Positions 43,321-55,446 of a DNA stretch of 64,000 nt are shown here, piece after piece. The first letter of the stretch is position 1; every line of letters begins with the position of its first letter. The notes under the pieces were generated by a model that ran no database searches, was not told the origin of the DNA, and saw only the letters and a list, made by a program, of their open reading frames with translations. The translations under genes and the position numbers were made by a program. The stretch spans positions 36,270,001 to 36,334,000 of the forward strand of contig OZ024753.1 in assembly GCA_964016885.1 (NCBI GenBank), given 5' to 3'. The DNA is from Eledone cirrhosa. Taxonomy: Eukaryota.

Positions 43321-43514
43321 ATATATATATGTATGTATATAAATCAAGAAAGACATCACTATGAAAACGCCTTGTTGAGTCAAACCAAGCCAAGCGTTAA
43401 TATCATCCACTACCTGGAATACCATAACTGGACTATACCTAAGTGGATTGCATTTAACTATTATTTGTTACCCCGTATATGTATGTATATATATATACAC
43501 GCACACACACAGTA

Positions 43515-43561
<47 letters not shown>

Positions 43562-43630
43562 ATATATTGATATGTATATATATAATTTGGTCGTTTTGAC
43601 TGCTGCTATTTATAGTGGTAGTAGACTGAC

Positions 43631-43864
43631 CTCCCAGCCCCCGCTTCTATCTTTGCACACGGCACTGGACAGAATTGCTTCCACATCATTCATTCTCATC
43701 TCGGGAACAATTTTGAATAGCGCCAGTTCGTAATTTGAACTCGGGAACTTTATATTCTCCGAGTGAAAAGACCCTTCTGACGAGAGTTTATCTTTTCCAT
43801 GGAAGGCCGCAAGGACTGTCCATTTATTTTTGAGACTCGAAACCGATTCGGTAAAGGTAACCAT
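43631..43864 (-). CDS. Candidate coding exon, 78 codons (MVTFTESVSSLKNKWTVLAAF...AVCKDRSGGWE), product unknown
   Basis: Complex, GC-elevated ORF ending at canonical donor GAG|gtcagt (phase 0). Possible acceptor ttttaaaag| before 43880. Confidence 0.55.
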
Positions 43865-44037
43865 AGTGAGTACAGTGAATCTTTTAAAATTTATTTTGAA
43901 ACTTTTTCTTATTTGCTAAACCTTGATTATATATGTTCTGGCTCGTTAATTTATTAATCTGCCATTGAACCACATTGGCACATGGTTGGACAATACATGT
44001 GTCACTAAACGCTTTTTGCGTGTAGAGATATATACTT

Positions 44038-44103
<66 letters not shown>

Positions 44104-44459
44104 TTGTGTGTGTGTGTGTATATAAACACCGATTGAGAAGAACGAATGAAAAATAAACCTAGACAGAAAGAAGGGCAAGAAAGACTGAACGAAACCAAGA
44201 TGTCTGCCGTTATAGAACAATAGTCATGACGTAGGATAGCAGTTATAGTGTGATAAAATGGTGGCAAAGGTTAGAAATGAACGAAGAAGGAATTTAGTGA
44301 CTGTGAATGAGTGATAAATGGGGAAGCCCCAGATATGTTCTAATTGAGAGAGATATATTATTAACTATTATTCGCTTACCCACTCTGCTTCTCTCTGTCA
44401 ATCTTTCGTATGTATGTACGTATGTATATATGTGTGAATATATATATATATATGTAAAA

Positions 44460-44524
<65 letters not shown>

Positions 44525-44656
44525 CAAATATAGTTATATGTATATCTGCCTATATATATATATATATATAGGCAGACATACATATAACTATATTTGCTTA
44601 TATATATATATATACACACTTTTACATATATATATATATATATATATACACACTGT

Positions 44657-44688
<32 letters not shown>

Positions 44689-44754
44689 TATATATATATA
44701 TATATATTCATACAGACAGACATGCGTGCATATAACTAGATATGCTTTTATATA

Positions 44755-44834
44755 CAGGGTGTACCTCCCAAAAATGTATACACACTTCAACACCCTTCTT
44801 ATAACAGTATGTATATATTTTTGGGGACACCCTG
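44755..44834. mobile_element. Tiny Tc1/mariner-type MITE
   Basis: TA|CAGGGTGT...GACACCCTG|TA. Related copies at 37376-37454, ~37530-37589, 57664-57762 and 58183-58281. Confidence 0.8.
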
Positions 44835-44889
44835 TATATACACACATCTGCACCCACCCCCCACAATCACACACACTTTCTAGTGCTAC

Positions 44890-45235
44890 GTAATGCTGCT
44901 TGTATTTCTATATGCCATGTCTTTATCGAAAGATTGTCGTCTGCTTGACTTGTCCATACACATATATTATTACAACTACTCGGGAAATCAGGGTGGAGAA
45001 GGAACTGCTGCCTTCCAGCCAGTTTATTGAAAGGTGGATGAGATAAGTGAGAATAGTCTGAGTGAACGGGCCTGCTCTGAGTATGAGCCAGTAGACTGGA
45101 GAAGGATAACCGGGCGGGCACACTTTCCCTACGCGTCAGGGTGACCGTGGATTTTGTTGGCTTTCTCTATGAGTGACCCAGGGGATTTTTACATATTTCT
45201 TTGTTTTCGTTATAAATTTCTTTTGTGCGTAAAAA
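44890..45235 (+). mobile_element. Decayed second copy of the Tx1/L1-like LINE 3' end
   Basis: LVFLYAMSLSKD... and EIRVEKELLPSSQFIERWMR*VRIV*VNGPALSMSQ* align with the 8290-8556 peptide. Confidence 0.7.
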
Positions 45236-46021
45236 ACCACGCTAGACAATCCTGCACCATCTTGTACCGTCTTGCGCTATCCTGTACCGCCCTGTGCCGT
45301 GCTGTACTGTCCTGTACAATCTTGTACCGTCCTGTACCGCCCTGTACCGTCCTGTGCCGACATATACCGTCCTGTACCGAAATGTCCTTAACATTAGCCC
45401 CGTGTGGCTTTACTTGGGTCCTTAATTTTCTTGGCCCCTAATACTCTTGAATCCCTAATTCTCTTGGAATCTGTTTTAACAAGATCCTACTATTTTCTTC
45501 AATGATAGTGACTGGACTTTAACCCCTTCGTTATAATTCGGTTACAGAAACATGATCTAGGACTCATTGTGCAGGGTCTTATCATCTCCGGTTTTGTCCA
45601 GTTTAGATGATTAATTAAAGAAAGTTAATTAATTTAAGAAGAATGTACACGATTGTGTGATACATAGACACACACACACAGATAGATACATAGACACACA
45701 CACACACACAGATAGATACGTAGACACACACACACAGATAGATAGATAGACACACACACAGACAGATAGATAGATAGACACACACACACACAGATAGATA
45801 CATAGACACACACACACAGATAGCTACATAGACACACACACACAGATAGATACATAGACACACACACACACAGATAGATACATAGACACACACACACACA
45901 CACAGATAGCTACATAGACACACACACAGACAGACACATACAGACAAAACATGGTCTCTCATTCTCACATACATGCACACATATCAAACGACACATCATC
46001 CACACACACACACACACACAC

Positions 46022-46090
<69 letters not shown>

Positions 46091-46763
46091 CCCACTCTAT
46101 GTACATTGTCACAACTATACGTCAAAACGTCCCAAGCACACACTGACACGCACGTCCACAGATATTCTCATGGCTTTATCGCACTATGGAAATAATATAT
46201 TAATGTTTAAAATGTCAGTTATGAGAGAGAGAGAGTAGGAGGGATGGATAGAGGAGGGAGAGATGGAGAGAGAGAGAGAGATAGATAGAGATAGAGAGAG
46301 AGATATAGAGATAGATAGATAGAGAGATAGAGAGAGAGATGGAGAGAGATAGAGAGGGATGGAGATGGAGAGAGATCGAGAGAGATGGACAGCGATGGAG
46401 AGAGAGAGAAAGTGCGATAGAGAGAGATGGAGAGGGTTGGAAATGGAGAGAGAGAGTAGGAGAGATGGAGAGGGAAACATGTCAGTTTTGAGAGAGAGAG
46501 AGAGAGTAGGAGATATGGAGAGAGAGATGGAGAGGGAGAGACGGAATGTGACAGGGAGAGAGAGACGAAAGAAAGGAAGGTATGGAGAAAATAATTAAAT
46601 AAAGACAGTAAGAACGAAGGTTAGAGAGAGAGAGAGAGAGAAAAGGGATGGAAAAAGCTGAAAGGAAATATGAAAGGTATGTTTAAGGTAAGAATGACAT
46701 CAAAGAGAAAAATATCCACCGCCTCCTCTCTCTCCCTCCGTCTCTCTATCTGTCTTTTGTCTC

Positions 46764-46839
<76 letters not shown>

Positions 46840-46904
46840 CGTGTGTCCGTGTATCTGTCGCTGAGTTTGTGTTCCTTTCTCTGTCCAAGTCAGTCCACTT
46901 TCTT

Positions 46905-47500
46905 TCTTTCTCTGTCTCTGATATATCCTCACCCCCCACTCTCTCTCTGTCTCTGTTGTCTCTGATATATCCTCACCCCCCACTCTCTCTCTGTCTCTGA
47001 TGTCTCTGATATATCCTCACCCCCACTCTCTCTCTGTCTCTGTTGTCTCTGATATATCCTCACCCCCCACTCTCTCTCTGTTTCTGTTGTCTCTTATATA
47101 TCCTCACCCCTCTCTCTCTGTTTCTGTTATCCAATGATGAAAAAGGTAAATTTCCAACAAACTATCGACCATATACCCACCCTCCCACCACCACCTCCAC
47201 TATGTACTTTCTCGGTGGGGCATCCTCAACCAAACACCTCGGTTAATTCAGCCATCCCTCCACTCTCTCTCCCACACCCCATCTCTCCCCATCTCCCACA
47301 TCTCTTTCTCCAGCCTCTTTCTCTCTCTCTCAATTCAGCCACCCCTCCACTCTCTCTCCCACACCCCATCTCTCCCCATCTCCCACATCTCTTTCTCCAG
47401 CCTCTTTCTCTCTCTCTCTCTCAATTCAGCCACCCCTCCACTCTCTCTCCCACAACCCATCTCTCCCCATCTCCCACATCTCTTTCTCCAGCCTCTCTCT
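46905..47500. repeat. Two adjacent pyrimidine-rich minisatellites (~43-bp x5; ~85-bp x3)
   Basis: TCTCTGATATATCCTCACCCCCCAC repeats; AATTCAGCCA(T/C)CCCTCCACTC recurs at ~47245, 47332 and 47423. Confidence 0.85.
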
Positions 47501-48921
47501 CTCTCTCTTCCTCCTCTCTATCTACCCTCCCCATATCATTCTCTCTCCTATCTCTTTCTTTTTCTACCCCTCTCTCAACCCTCTCTCTCTATCTATCTCT
47601 CCCCCTCTCCCCATCTCCCTTTCTCTCTCTCTTCTCACTCTCTCTTCCTCTCTCAACTCTCTCTCTCTATTTCTCTTTCTCTCATCCTCTCTCCACCTCT
47701 CCCTATCTCTCTTTCTCTCATCCTCTCTCCACCTCTCTCTATCTCCCTTTCTCTTCCCATGCCTCTCTCTCTCTATCTCTCTTTCTCTACCCCTGTCTAT
47801 CTATCTTTCTTTCCTCCTGTCTCCACCCTCTCTATCTCACTTTCTCTCTATCACTCTTTCTCCCCCCCCCGCTCTTCACCATCCTCTCTATCTCACCTTC
47901 TCTTCCCACCCACCCCTCTCTCTCACTCTCTCTTTATCTCTCTCACGTTCCTTCACCTCCTCCCACCACTCCATCACCCCATCAACAACGATAGCTTTAT
48001 CTCACAAGTGATATCTAGCCATCAAAACTGTTTGTTTAACAAACCCATATAAGTTACCTCGCTTTATATATTTTATTCTATATTTTTATATTTCCTCTTC
48101 TCTTCTTTTCTAATATTCACAGCTGTTCCTAACTGTAATACGTTCGTTAAACATTTCGTGACGGCATGCCGTTACTTTCGTGGAGTCGACTCAGAGGTGA
48201 GGATAAAACATGAAACAACAACACCAGCAGTAACAACAACAACAACAACTACAACTACATCAACAACATCAGCAACAACGACAACTACAGCAATAACAAC
48301 AACAGCAACAACGACCACAACACCAACAGCAATAACAACAACAACAACAACAGCTACGACAACTACATCAACAACAGCAATAACAACAACAACATCAATA
48401 ACAACAACAGTAACAACAGCTACATCAACAACAGCAATAACAACAACAACAGCAACAACAACAGCAACTACATCAACAACAGCAATAACACCAACACCAA
48501 CAATAACAACAACACCAACGACGACAACTACATCAACAACAGCAATAACAACAACAACAACACAAGCAACGACAACTACAACAACACCAACAACAGTAAC
48601 AATAGCAACGACAACTACATCAACAACAACGACAACAACAACAACACCAACACCGACAATAACAGTAACAACTACATCAACAACACCACCACCACCAACA
48701 ACACCACCAATAACACTAGCAACAACAACAACAACTATAACAACAATAACAACAAAGAAAAAATGCAAGCAAAGCATAAAAAACGAGAGGAAATGTAAAA
48801 ATACAAAACAATGAAATAAGATAAAACAAACAACACATACTTGAAACTAATTACAGGTATACATGATGGTATGCTACTACCTGTGCTGTCAATATGTAAT
48901 GCAATGTATGTGTGTATGTAC

Positions 48922-49013
<92 letters not shown>

Positions 49014-49031
49014 ATGTATATATATATATAT

Positions 49032-49180
49032 AACGGAGGAAGAGTGGTAAGGAACCAGATGGACCATAACGCACCAGAGTACTCAATATTTAAGGTAGTA
49101 GAGTGGGTAATAGGAAAATGGTCCAGAAATAGCCGTCGAAACGGCTTGAGCTCTGCCGTCGGGGTCAAACATTTTCCTAT
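49032..49180 (-). mobile_element. Family C element with orientation switch
   Basis: 49032-49120 is in one orientation, 49121-49180 in the other; ATAGGAAAATG/CATTTTCCTAT inverted. Confidence 0.85.
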
Positions 49181-49206
49181 ATATATATGTATGCATGTAT
49201 GTATGT

Positions 49207-49762
49207 ATGGTCAGGTCGTTGGCGACTAAACTGGCAACCCCACCAAGGTTTCTTGGTGAGGAGGGTGACTTTGGACATCCTGCAGAACTAAAAACAAAAC
49301 CTGTCAAAGGGCAAAGGATCTCTTAAGAGTCAATGGCCATCTAAAATCACGGGGAGAGATGACCCCTTAGCCTTTGTCAAGGCAGAATTCTAGGAGAAGG
49401 AAAACTCTGATATAATACCTGCAACCCTGATGGTATCCAATGATGTTGACTTGTTCTTCTTTTTGGTAAATATCATCTTGGTTAAGAGAGTGAGACTGGC
49501 TTTGTGCAGTGCCTTTGCTCACTATAAAAGCTTCACGGCACAGGCATTGCTTTATATCTGGAGATCTCTCTGCACTTGTCATCACATGGTACCATGGGCC
49601 CAGCACTATGTGTCAATAATTGTCACAAGTGTAGTGTTTGTACCAGTGTTTTCAAGTCGCTGGCTGGACAAAAAAGTCACACTCGTTCAGCGCATCGGTA
49701 GGGGTTCTCCTACATGGATATAAAGTAGTGGCCGTACTCGAAAACGAGTTAGCAGCCACCAT
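49207..49762 (+). mobile_element. Family D copy
   Basis: Reverse complement of ~41039-41595; microsatellite on both sides. Confidence 0.88.
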
Positions 49763-50479
49763 ATATGTATATATATAATGTATTACGCACGATTTTCTTA
49801 CCATAATTTAAAATGTAAGTTATATTTTTTAATAAATAACCAATTTAGCCTCGCTGTGACAAGTAAACTACCTGGTTACACCTGGAGACTATCAGGATCA
49901 ATCCAGCGAGTTTCTGGTCTTCGTAACTGAACACCAGAGAGTGGATACCCACAAAAAGAATAGTAACTTATAGCTCTTTATATTTAACTTGGATTCAAAT
50001 AAAACCGATCTGTCTCATTTACTTAACTGTACATACCCAGACAACGTGAATTAATTAATCAAAAGTCCTTTACACACCAGCATTTAAAGTATTTTGAAAT
50101 ATATACCTTTTTAATAAACTGTATAATGGGTTGTGTAGTTTAATAAAATGTATAGGCAAGGTAAGAAGTGTAAACTATAGGGAGTGAAGGGGGAGAAGCT
50201 AGAATGTAATGAAATAGAATCAACGAGATAAAACTTGTTTAATAATTGTTTCTACTTTTGGCACAAGGCCAGCAATTATCCAGTGCATTACTGGTACTTT
50301 ATTTTATCGACCCCGTAAAGATGAAAGGCAAACGTTTCGTGTTTTATTGTTCGTTTAGGTGAAGGTAGAGGCGTGAAAGATGTAAGACTTTGTACAATGT
50401 ATGAAAATATATAGTATAACTTTGTAATAAACTGTACAATTTATGTTTCTGTGAGAAGTAAAGGAAGTGGTTATACCAC

Positions 50480-50799
50480 AGCTAAAATTTACTACTAATA
50501 CACTAAAATGAAAAAACTCCTCATTCAACAACACAAAATCACAGACCAATATAATATATAAATTTCAATATAAACATAAAAGTTGTGAACTTCGACACCA
50601 AAATATGTTACAACGGTTACACAAGCACGACATTTACCGTTGGTTAACTATTCACTTACAACAAGGAGATATCTCAATACAATATAAAGAGTACATACAA
50701 CAGAACAAGGCAAGTAACCACGCAGCTTTTACAAATATCAAAAATATCAATGCTTCGAAAACCAGGCGCCTACGAATCTATACTTTGCTAAACACGTAA
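50480..50799 (+). pseudogene. Decayed Penelope-like element GIY-YIG endonuclease (ORF C-terminus)
   Basis: Across frameshifts: KIYY*YTKMKKLLIQ / QTNIIYKFQYKHKSCE / YNGYTSTTF / YRWLTIHLQQG...RRLRIYTLL. This matches the PLE pattern N-V-V-Y-K-F..C..YIG.T.T.L.RRL..H...RRL.I.EAL. Confidence 0.75.
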
Positions 50800-50823
50800 A
50801 AAATTCTTCACGATACGACAATG

Positions 50824-50868
50824 CTGATTTTGAGGATGGAGCTGTGAAGGCTCCGAAATGTTGAAGCC
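50824..50868 (+). ncRNA. Degenerate hammerhead directly 3' of the GIY-YIG relic
   Basis: TTGAGGA T GGAGC TGTGAAG GCTCC GAAATGTT. C3 changed to T, 5-bp stem II, stem I poor. Confidence 0.5.
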
Positions 50869-51175
50869 GATATGGATTTAGGAAAGCTATTGTTTCAAAT
50901 CAAACTTAAAGGGCCAATAAGGAAAAATGAAAAATCGTTAATAAAATTTATCACACCAGAACGTTGTCGCATTTTCAATTCTTGTGACGCTAAACTCCGC
51001 CAGATGCAGACTGCGCATCAACATGAGATATTTTTCTCCACAAAGTTCGATCACCAGCAGCAGAGTTCAAAGAGCAAAGATCCAGTCCAGTCCAGTCCAG
51101 TCCATAAGTTGACATTATCAAAAGTCACCTCAAAGATTCGTTGTACAGAGGAGGCCACCTCTGGACCCTCGAAGA

Positions 51176-51372
51176 GTGAACAGGAGAACACAGCAGCAGT
51201 CCCAGACTGATGTAATAGCTATGACTAGGGGATACTACCAGCAACCTCGGACTGGTTTGATTTATACGAAGAGAAGAAACGCCCAGACAAAAGAGAAGAC
51301 CTTTAAAATCTGCACATACAACACACGAACCATCAATGACCGTAATACCAACTCTCTTGAGACAATGATGTA
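51176..51372 (+). mobile_element. LINE fragment: N-terminus of APE endonuclease
   Basis: FKICTYNTRTIND resembles the APE motif I (I.T.N.RTL); the frame is truncated shortly after. Confidence 0.65.
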
Positions 51373-51420
51373 TTTTCAATAAAACATATTTAAAATAAAA
51401 ACTGACCCTACATCTACACC

Positions 51421-51469
<49 letters not shown>

Positions 51470-51596
51470 AAAGTTCTATTTAAATTGTTGGGATACAACA
51501 AACAAATATTTTTATAACTGATATAAAGCACTCGACAAGTATTTGGAGTAAATATACGATATTAACAAATGGAAACTATATTTATAAAACCATATC

Positions 51597-51661
51597 TATT
51601 TTATTATACATATTTCAAGGATACCATGTTAAATTATGGTATGCTTTCATCAGACAAACTA
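51597..51661 (-). ncRNA. Type I hammerhead ribozyme (family F, minus arm)
   Basis: Mirror of 51741-51805 with one stem I mismatch. Confidence 0.85.
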
Positions 51662-51740
51662 CAATATATACCAGTTTTATAAATAAATATTGACATACCC
51701 TATCCATGTCAATATTTATTTATAAAACTGGTATATATTG

Positions 51741-51805
51741 TATTTTGTCTGATGAAAGCATACCATAATTTAACATGGTATCCTTGAAATATGTATAATA
51801 AAATA
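51741..51805 (+). ncRNA. Type I hammerhead ribozyme (family F)
   Basis: TATTTTGT CTGATGA AAG C ATACCAT AATTTAAC ATGGTAT C CTT GAAA TATGTA TA ATAAAATA. 8-bp stem I, 10-bp stem II, self-complementary stem III. Predicted cut after 51797. Confidence 0.9.
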
Positions 51806-51844
51806 GATATGGTTTTATAAATATAGTTTCCATTTGTTAATATC

Positions 51845-51898
<54 letters not shown>

Positions 51899-51903
<5 letters not shown>

Positions 51904-52109
51904 AGACGTGTGGCCTCCTAGAGAATTGGATTCGCAATCATGGGGTTGTGAGTTCGATTCCCGATCCGGGCGATGCATTGTGTCCTTGGGCAAGACACTT
52001 TATTTCACGTTGCTCCTTCTACCTGGAGTTGTGATCGATAGATAGTATTAGCAATTAGAAAGACCAATGGAAACGTTTCCTCGGTCCAATTTGACGAAAG
52101 TCGATCGCT

Positions 52110-52110
<1 letters not shown>
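51899..52110 (+). mobile_element. tRNA-derived SINE between TA tracts
   Basis: B box AGTTCGATTCC, TGTCCTTGGGCAAGACACTTTATTTCACGTTGCTCC; same family as 11639-12016 and ~8800-8895. Confidence 0.85.
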
Positions 52111-52170
<60 letters not shown>

Positions 52171-52372
52171 TAAACGGAATAGAAAATGCTGACAAATTGT
52201 TCACAGTTGAAAAATGGTTTAATTAGGAATAAAAGAGTATTAGTGATTGTATGGGTTAGTATTCAGTTGTGGTTTTAAGTTTTTAAGTTTTTACCAGTTG
52301 CGCATTTCTAAATGCTTTTCAAAAATAATTTTGAGATAGAGTGTCCGTGCTGTTTGCTCTGATCTATATATA

Positions 52373-52442
<70 letters not shown>

Positions 52443-52447
<5 letters not shown>

Positions 52448-52819
52448 CATTAACAGAGAAAGCTTTAAGCAATACTCCGACCGACTTCCGTCTCACTCAA
52501 CAAACATTAGGATATACCTTAGTATAATCCCAATTATACGTTTGGGGTGCTAACTATACGTATTTTGCGGATAGCCAGTTGTATTATTTTATATGAGACA
52601 TAATTAAATACATCCCTCTTTCCAAACGATCGTTTCATTATAAGTTTTCTACAAGTTGGGAAAATAATGTCCAGGTTATGTAGAAGCCTACACATAGTCT
52701 GTAGGAATATATGCAGGTGGGCACTTATAAATCATCAGTGGATGCCCAACAATATCGATATAAAAAAACCCTACCGATATTTACATTCAGCGATGGTATC
52801 CGTCAGTGTTAGAGTGACC
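52443..52819 (-). mobile_element. Family B element, TA on both sides
   Basis: Reverse complement of 21181-21551 with small indels. Confidence 0.9.
52621..52742 (-). ncRNA. Type I hammerhead ribozyme with long branched stem II (family B)
   Basis: Core and stems identical to 21229-21350. Confidence 0.8.
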
Positions 52820-53075
52820 ATATATATATATACGATATATTAACAAATGGAAACTATATTTATAAAACCATATTTATTTCATTATACATATTTCTTTTTC
52901 CTTTTTCCATACTCCAACGATCTATTTTAAATCTACTGTGATTTAAACATATCCGACACTAATTTGCATAATAGACTAAATAAATTTAGTAACCCCACTA
53001 TCCGGGAGCTTCCAACAGAAATGGTCGCATTCTTTAAGGGTTGTCAATATTTATTTATAAAACTGATCTATATTA

Positions 53076-53140
53076 TATTTTATCTGATGAAAGCGCACCA
53101 TAATTTGTCTTGGTGTCCTTGAAATATGTATAATGAAATA
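53076..53140 (+). ncRNA. Type I hammerhead ribozyme (family F, diverged copy)
   Basis: TATTTTAT CTGATGA AAG C GCACCA TAATTTGTCT TGGTGT C CTT GAAA TATGTA TA ATGAAATA; stem changes relative to 51741 preserve pairing. Confidence 0.9.
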
Positions 53141-53267
53141 AATATGGTTTTATAAATATAGTTTCCATTTGTTAATATATCCTATTTTTACTCCAATAAT
53201 TTGTTGAGTGCTTTATATCAGTTATAAAAATATTTGCTTGTTGTCGCCCAACAAATTAAATATAACT

Positions 53268-53338
<71 letters not shown>

Positions 53339-53527
53339 TTATATATACACACACATATATACACCTATAAAACCACACTCACACACAAACGTAAAGGAAC
53401 ATATCCATTCACTAAATATACTAAAGTTAACAACAAGCTGGAGTATTTCTTCTTAAGAAGTTCGAAAAAACAAACATTTCTTTTCTTCCTTCTACCTACC
53501 ACCCACACATTTATATACATACATACA

Positions 53528-53572
<45 letters not shown>

Positions 53573-53625
53573 ATGTGTGTGTGTGTATATATCGTTATAT
53601 ATATATATATATATATATATCGTTA

Positions 53626-53726
<101 letters not shown>

Positions 53727-53751
53727 CGTTATATATATATATCGTTAGTTT

Positions 53752-53788
<37 letters not shown>

Positions 53789-54371
53789 TTATTTGGTGTA
53801 TTTATTTGTTTAGTTAAACTGTTCAACATTTTCGTGTAGAACTGACAGTAATGTATCCACTCAAGCGACTTGTAGTAAATGATAAACTTTAGCTCGCAAA
53901 TGGTCTGTAGTTTATTTTACTTTCTTTATTACTTCTATACTTTCTTACTTTTTCATTCCCACTTTCTCTTTCCTTCTTTCCGCCTCCTTTCCTTACTTTC
54001 CTTCGAACTTTCTATTCTTCTTCCATACGCTCCTTCAAATGTGATAAGCCCAATAGTTATTGCTTACACTTTTCTTTCTTTGTTAGTCCTATACTTTCTT
54101 AGATTTTCCTTCATTTTTCACTTTCTCTTTTCTTCCTTCTTCTCTCCTTCTTCCTCCTCATCTCTTCCTTCCTTTCTTTCCTTCATACTTTCTATTTTTC
54201 TTCTTCCATACGCTGCTTCAAATTTGATAAACGAAATAGCTATACCTTGAATTTTACTCTCTTTCTTTGACACTTCTATACTTTCTTACTTTTTCATTCC
54301 TTTTTTCTTTCCTTTCATTCTATTCTTTCTTCTTCTTCTTCCTCCTTTTGTCTTTCTTTCATTATTCTTAT

Positions 54372-54550
54372 TGGCAGTATCGGTAGAGAGTCGGACGCCA
54401 TGCTTTCCAGCATAGTTACGTCCCTTTACGATCTGAGTTCAAATCCCGTCGAGGTTGACTTTGCCTTTCATCCTTACGGGGTCGATAAAATAAAGTACCA
54501 GTAATGCACTGGGTAATTGCTGGCCTTGTGCCAAAAGTAGAAACAATTAT
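54372..54550 (+). mobile_element. tRNA-derived SINE (dominant family)
   Basis: Close match to 4617-4810. Other plus copies at ~10958-11078, 29722-29891 and 56808-57005. Confidence 0.88.
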
Positions 54551-54674
54551 TCTTACATATCTTTCTCCCCCCCCCCCTCATTTCGCCCTTCTCACTTTCT
54601 ATATTTTCCTTTTTTGTTCTTTCCCTTCTTTCTATCATTCTTCTATCACATTTATTCTTTCTCTATTTAGACCT

Positions 54675-54905
54675 ATAACTCTCTCGCTATCTCTCTCACT
54701 CTATCTCTCAATAACTCTCTCGCTATCTCTCTCACTCTATCTCTCAATAACTCTCTCGCTATCTCTCTCACTCTATCTCTCAATAACTCTCTCGCTATCT
54801 CTCTCACTCTATCTCTCAATAACTCTCTCGCTATCTCTCTCACTCTATCTCTCAATAACTCTCTCGTTATCTCTCTCACTCTATCTCTCAATAACTCTCT
54901 CGCTA
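54675..54905. repeat. 36-bp minisatellite, ~6 copies
   Basis: Unit ATAACTCTCTCGCTATCTCTCTCACTCTATCTCTCA. Confidence 0.95.
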
Positions 54906-55414
54906 TAATTCACTCCCATAAGATCAGTGAATGGGTCTCTCCTCTTCAAGACGACATCTATGTCCTCCACCACCACCATCACAACCACCACTGCTATCAT
55001 CACCACTACCAGCACCACCACCCTCACTACTACCATCATTACCACCACCAGGACCTCTGCGATCACTATCATCACCATCATCATCTTTACCAATACCACA
55101 ACCACCAGCATCACCACCACCACCGCCAGAACCTCTACGATCACTCATCCCTACCAATACCACTATCACCACCAGCAACACCACCACCACAACACCACCA
55201 CTACTACCACCAACACTATCACTACTATACCACCCACCATCATCATCATCGTTTGAACAAGAAAATGACAGAAAGGCCTAAATATCGCCTTAGCTGTGAT
55301 ATTGCTAAGTGACATGTTGTTTCAAGAAACACAACACCCTACTTTATGTATGATTACTTTAACTGATAGTTGGGCCCCTTTTTTTAACCCCACATTATTA
55401 TCACTACCATCAAT

Positions 55415-55446
<32 letters not shown>

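Larger units (their letters stand above)
37885..43340. repeat. ~5.4-kb compound (TA)n/(ATAC) microsatellite field with two embedded family D elements
   Basis: ATATATAC-type units; strand flips to GTATATAT at ~38335-38835. Confidence 0.97.
51468..51846 (-). mobile_element. Family F hammerhead-bearing element with 141-bp-arm fold-back
   Basis: Homologous (inverted) to 53042-53270. Arms 51556-51696/51706-51846 with one mismatch and a 9-nt loop. (TA)n on both sides. Confidence 0.9.

Noticed and set aside
37870-43425. Long ORFs up to 630 aa (YIYI...) here and at 842-2950, 9034-10370, 58768-59529, etc.
   Set aside because: Translations of (TA)n/(CA)n microsatellites, open in most frames on both strands.
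48158-48814. Thr-rich mucin-like ORF
   Set aside because: Degenerate (ACA)n microsatellite, also open antisense; no non-repetitive domain.
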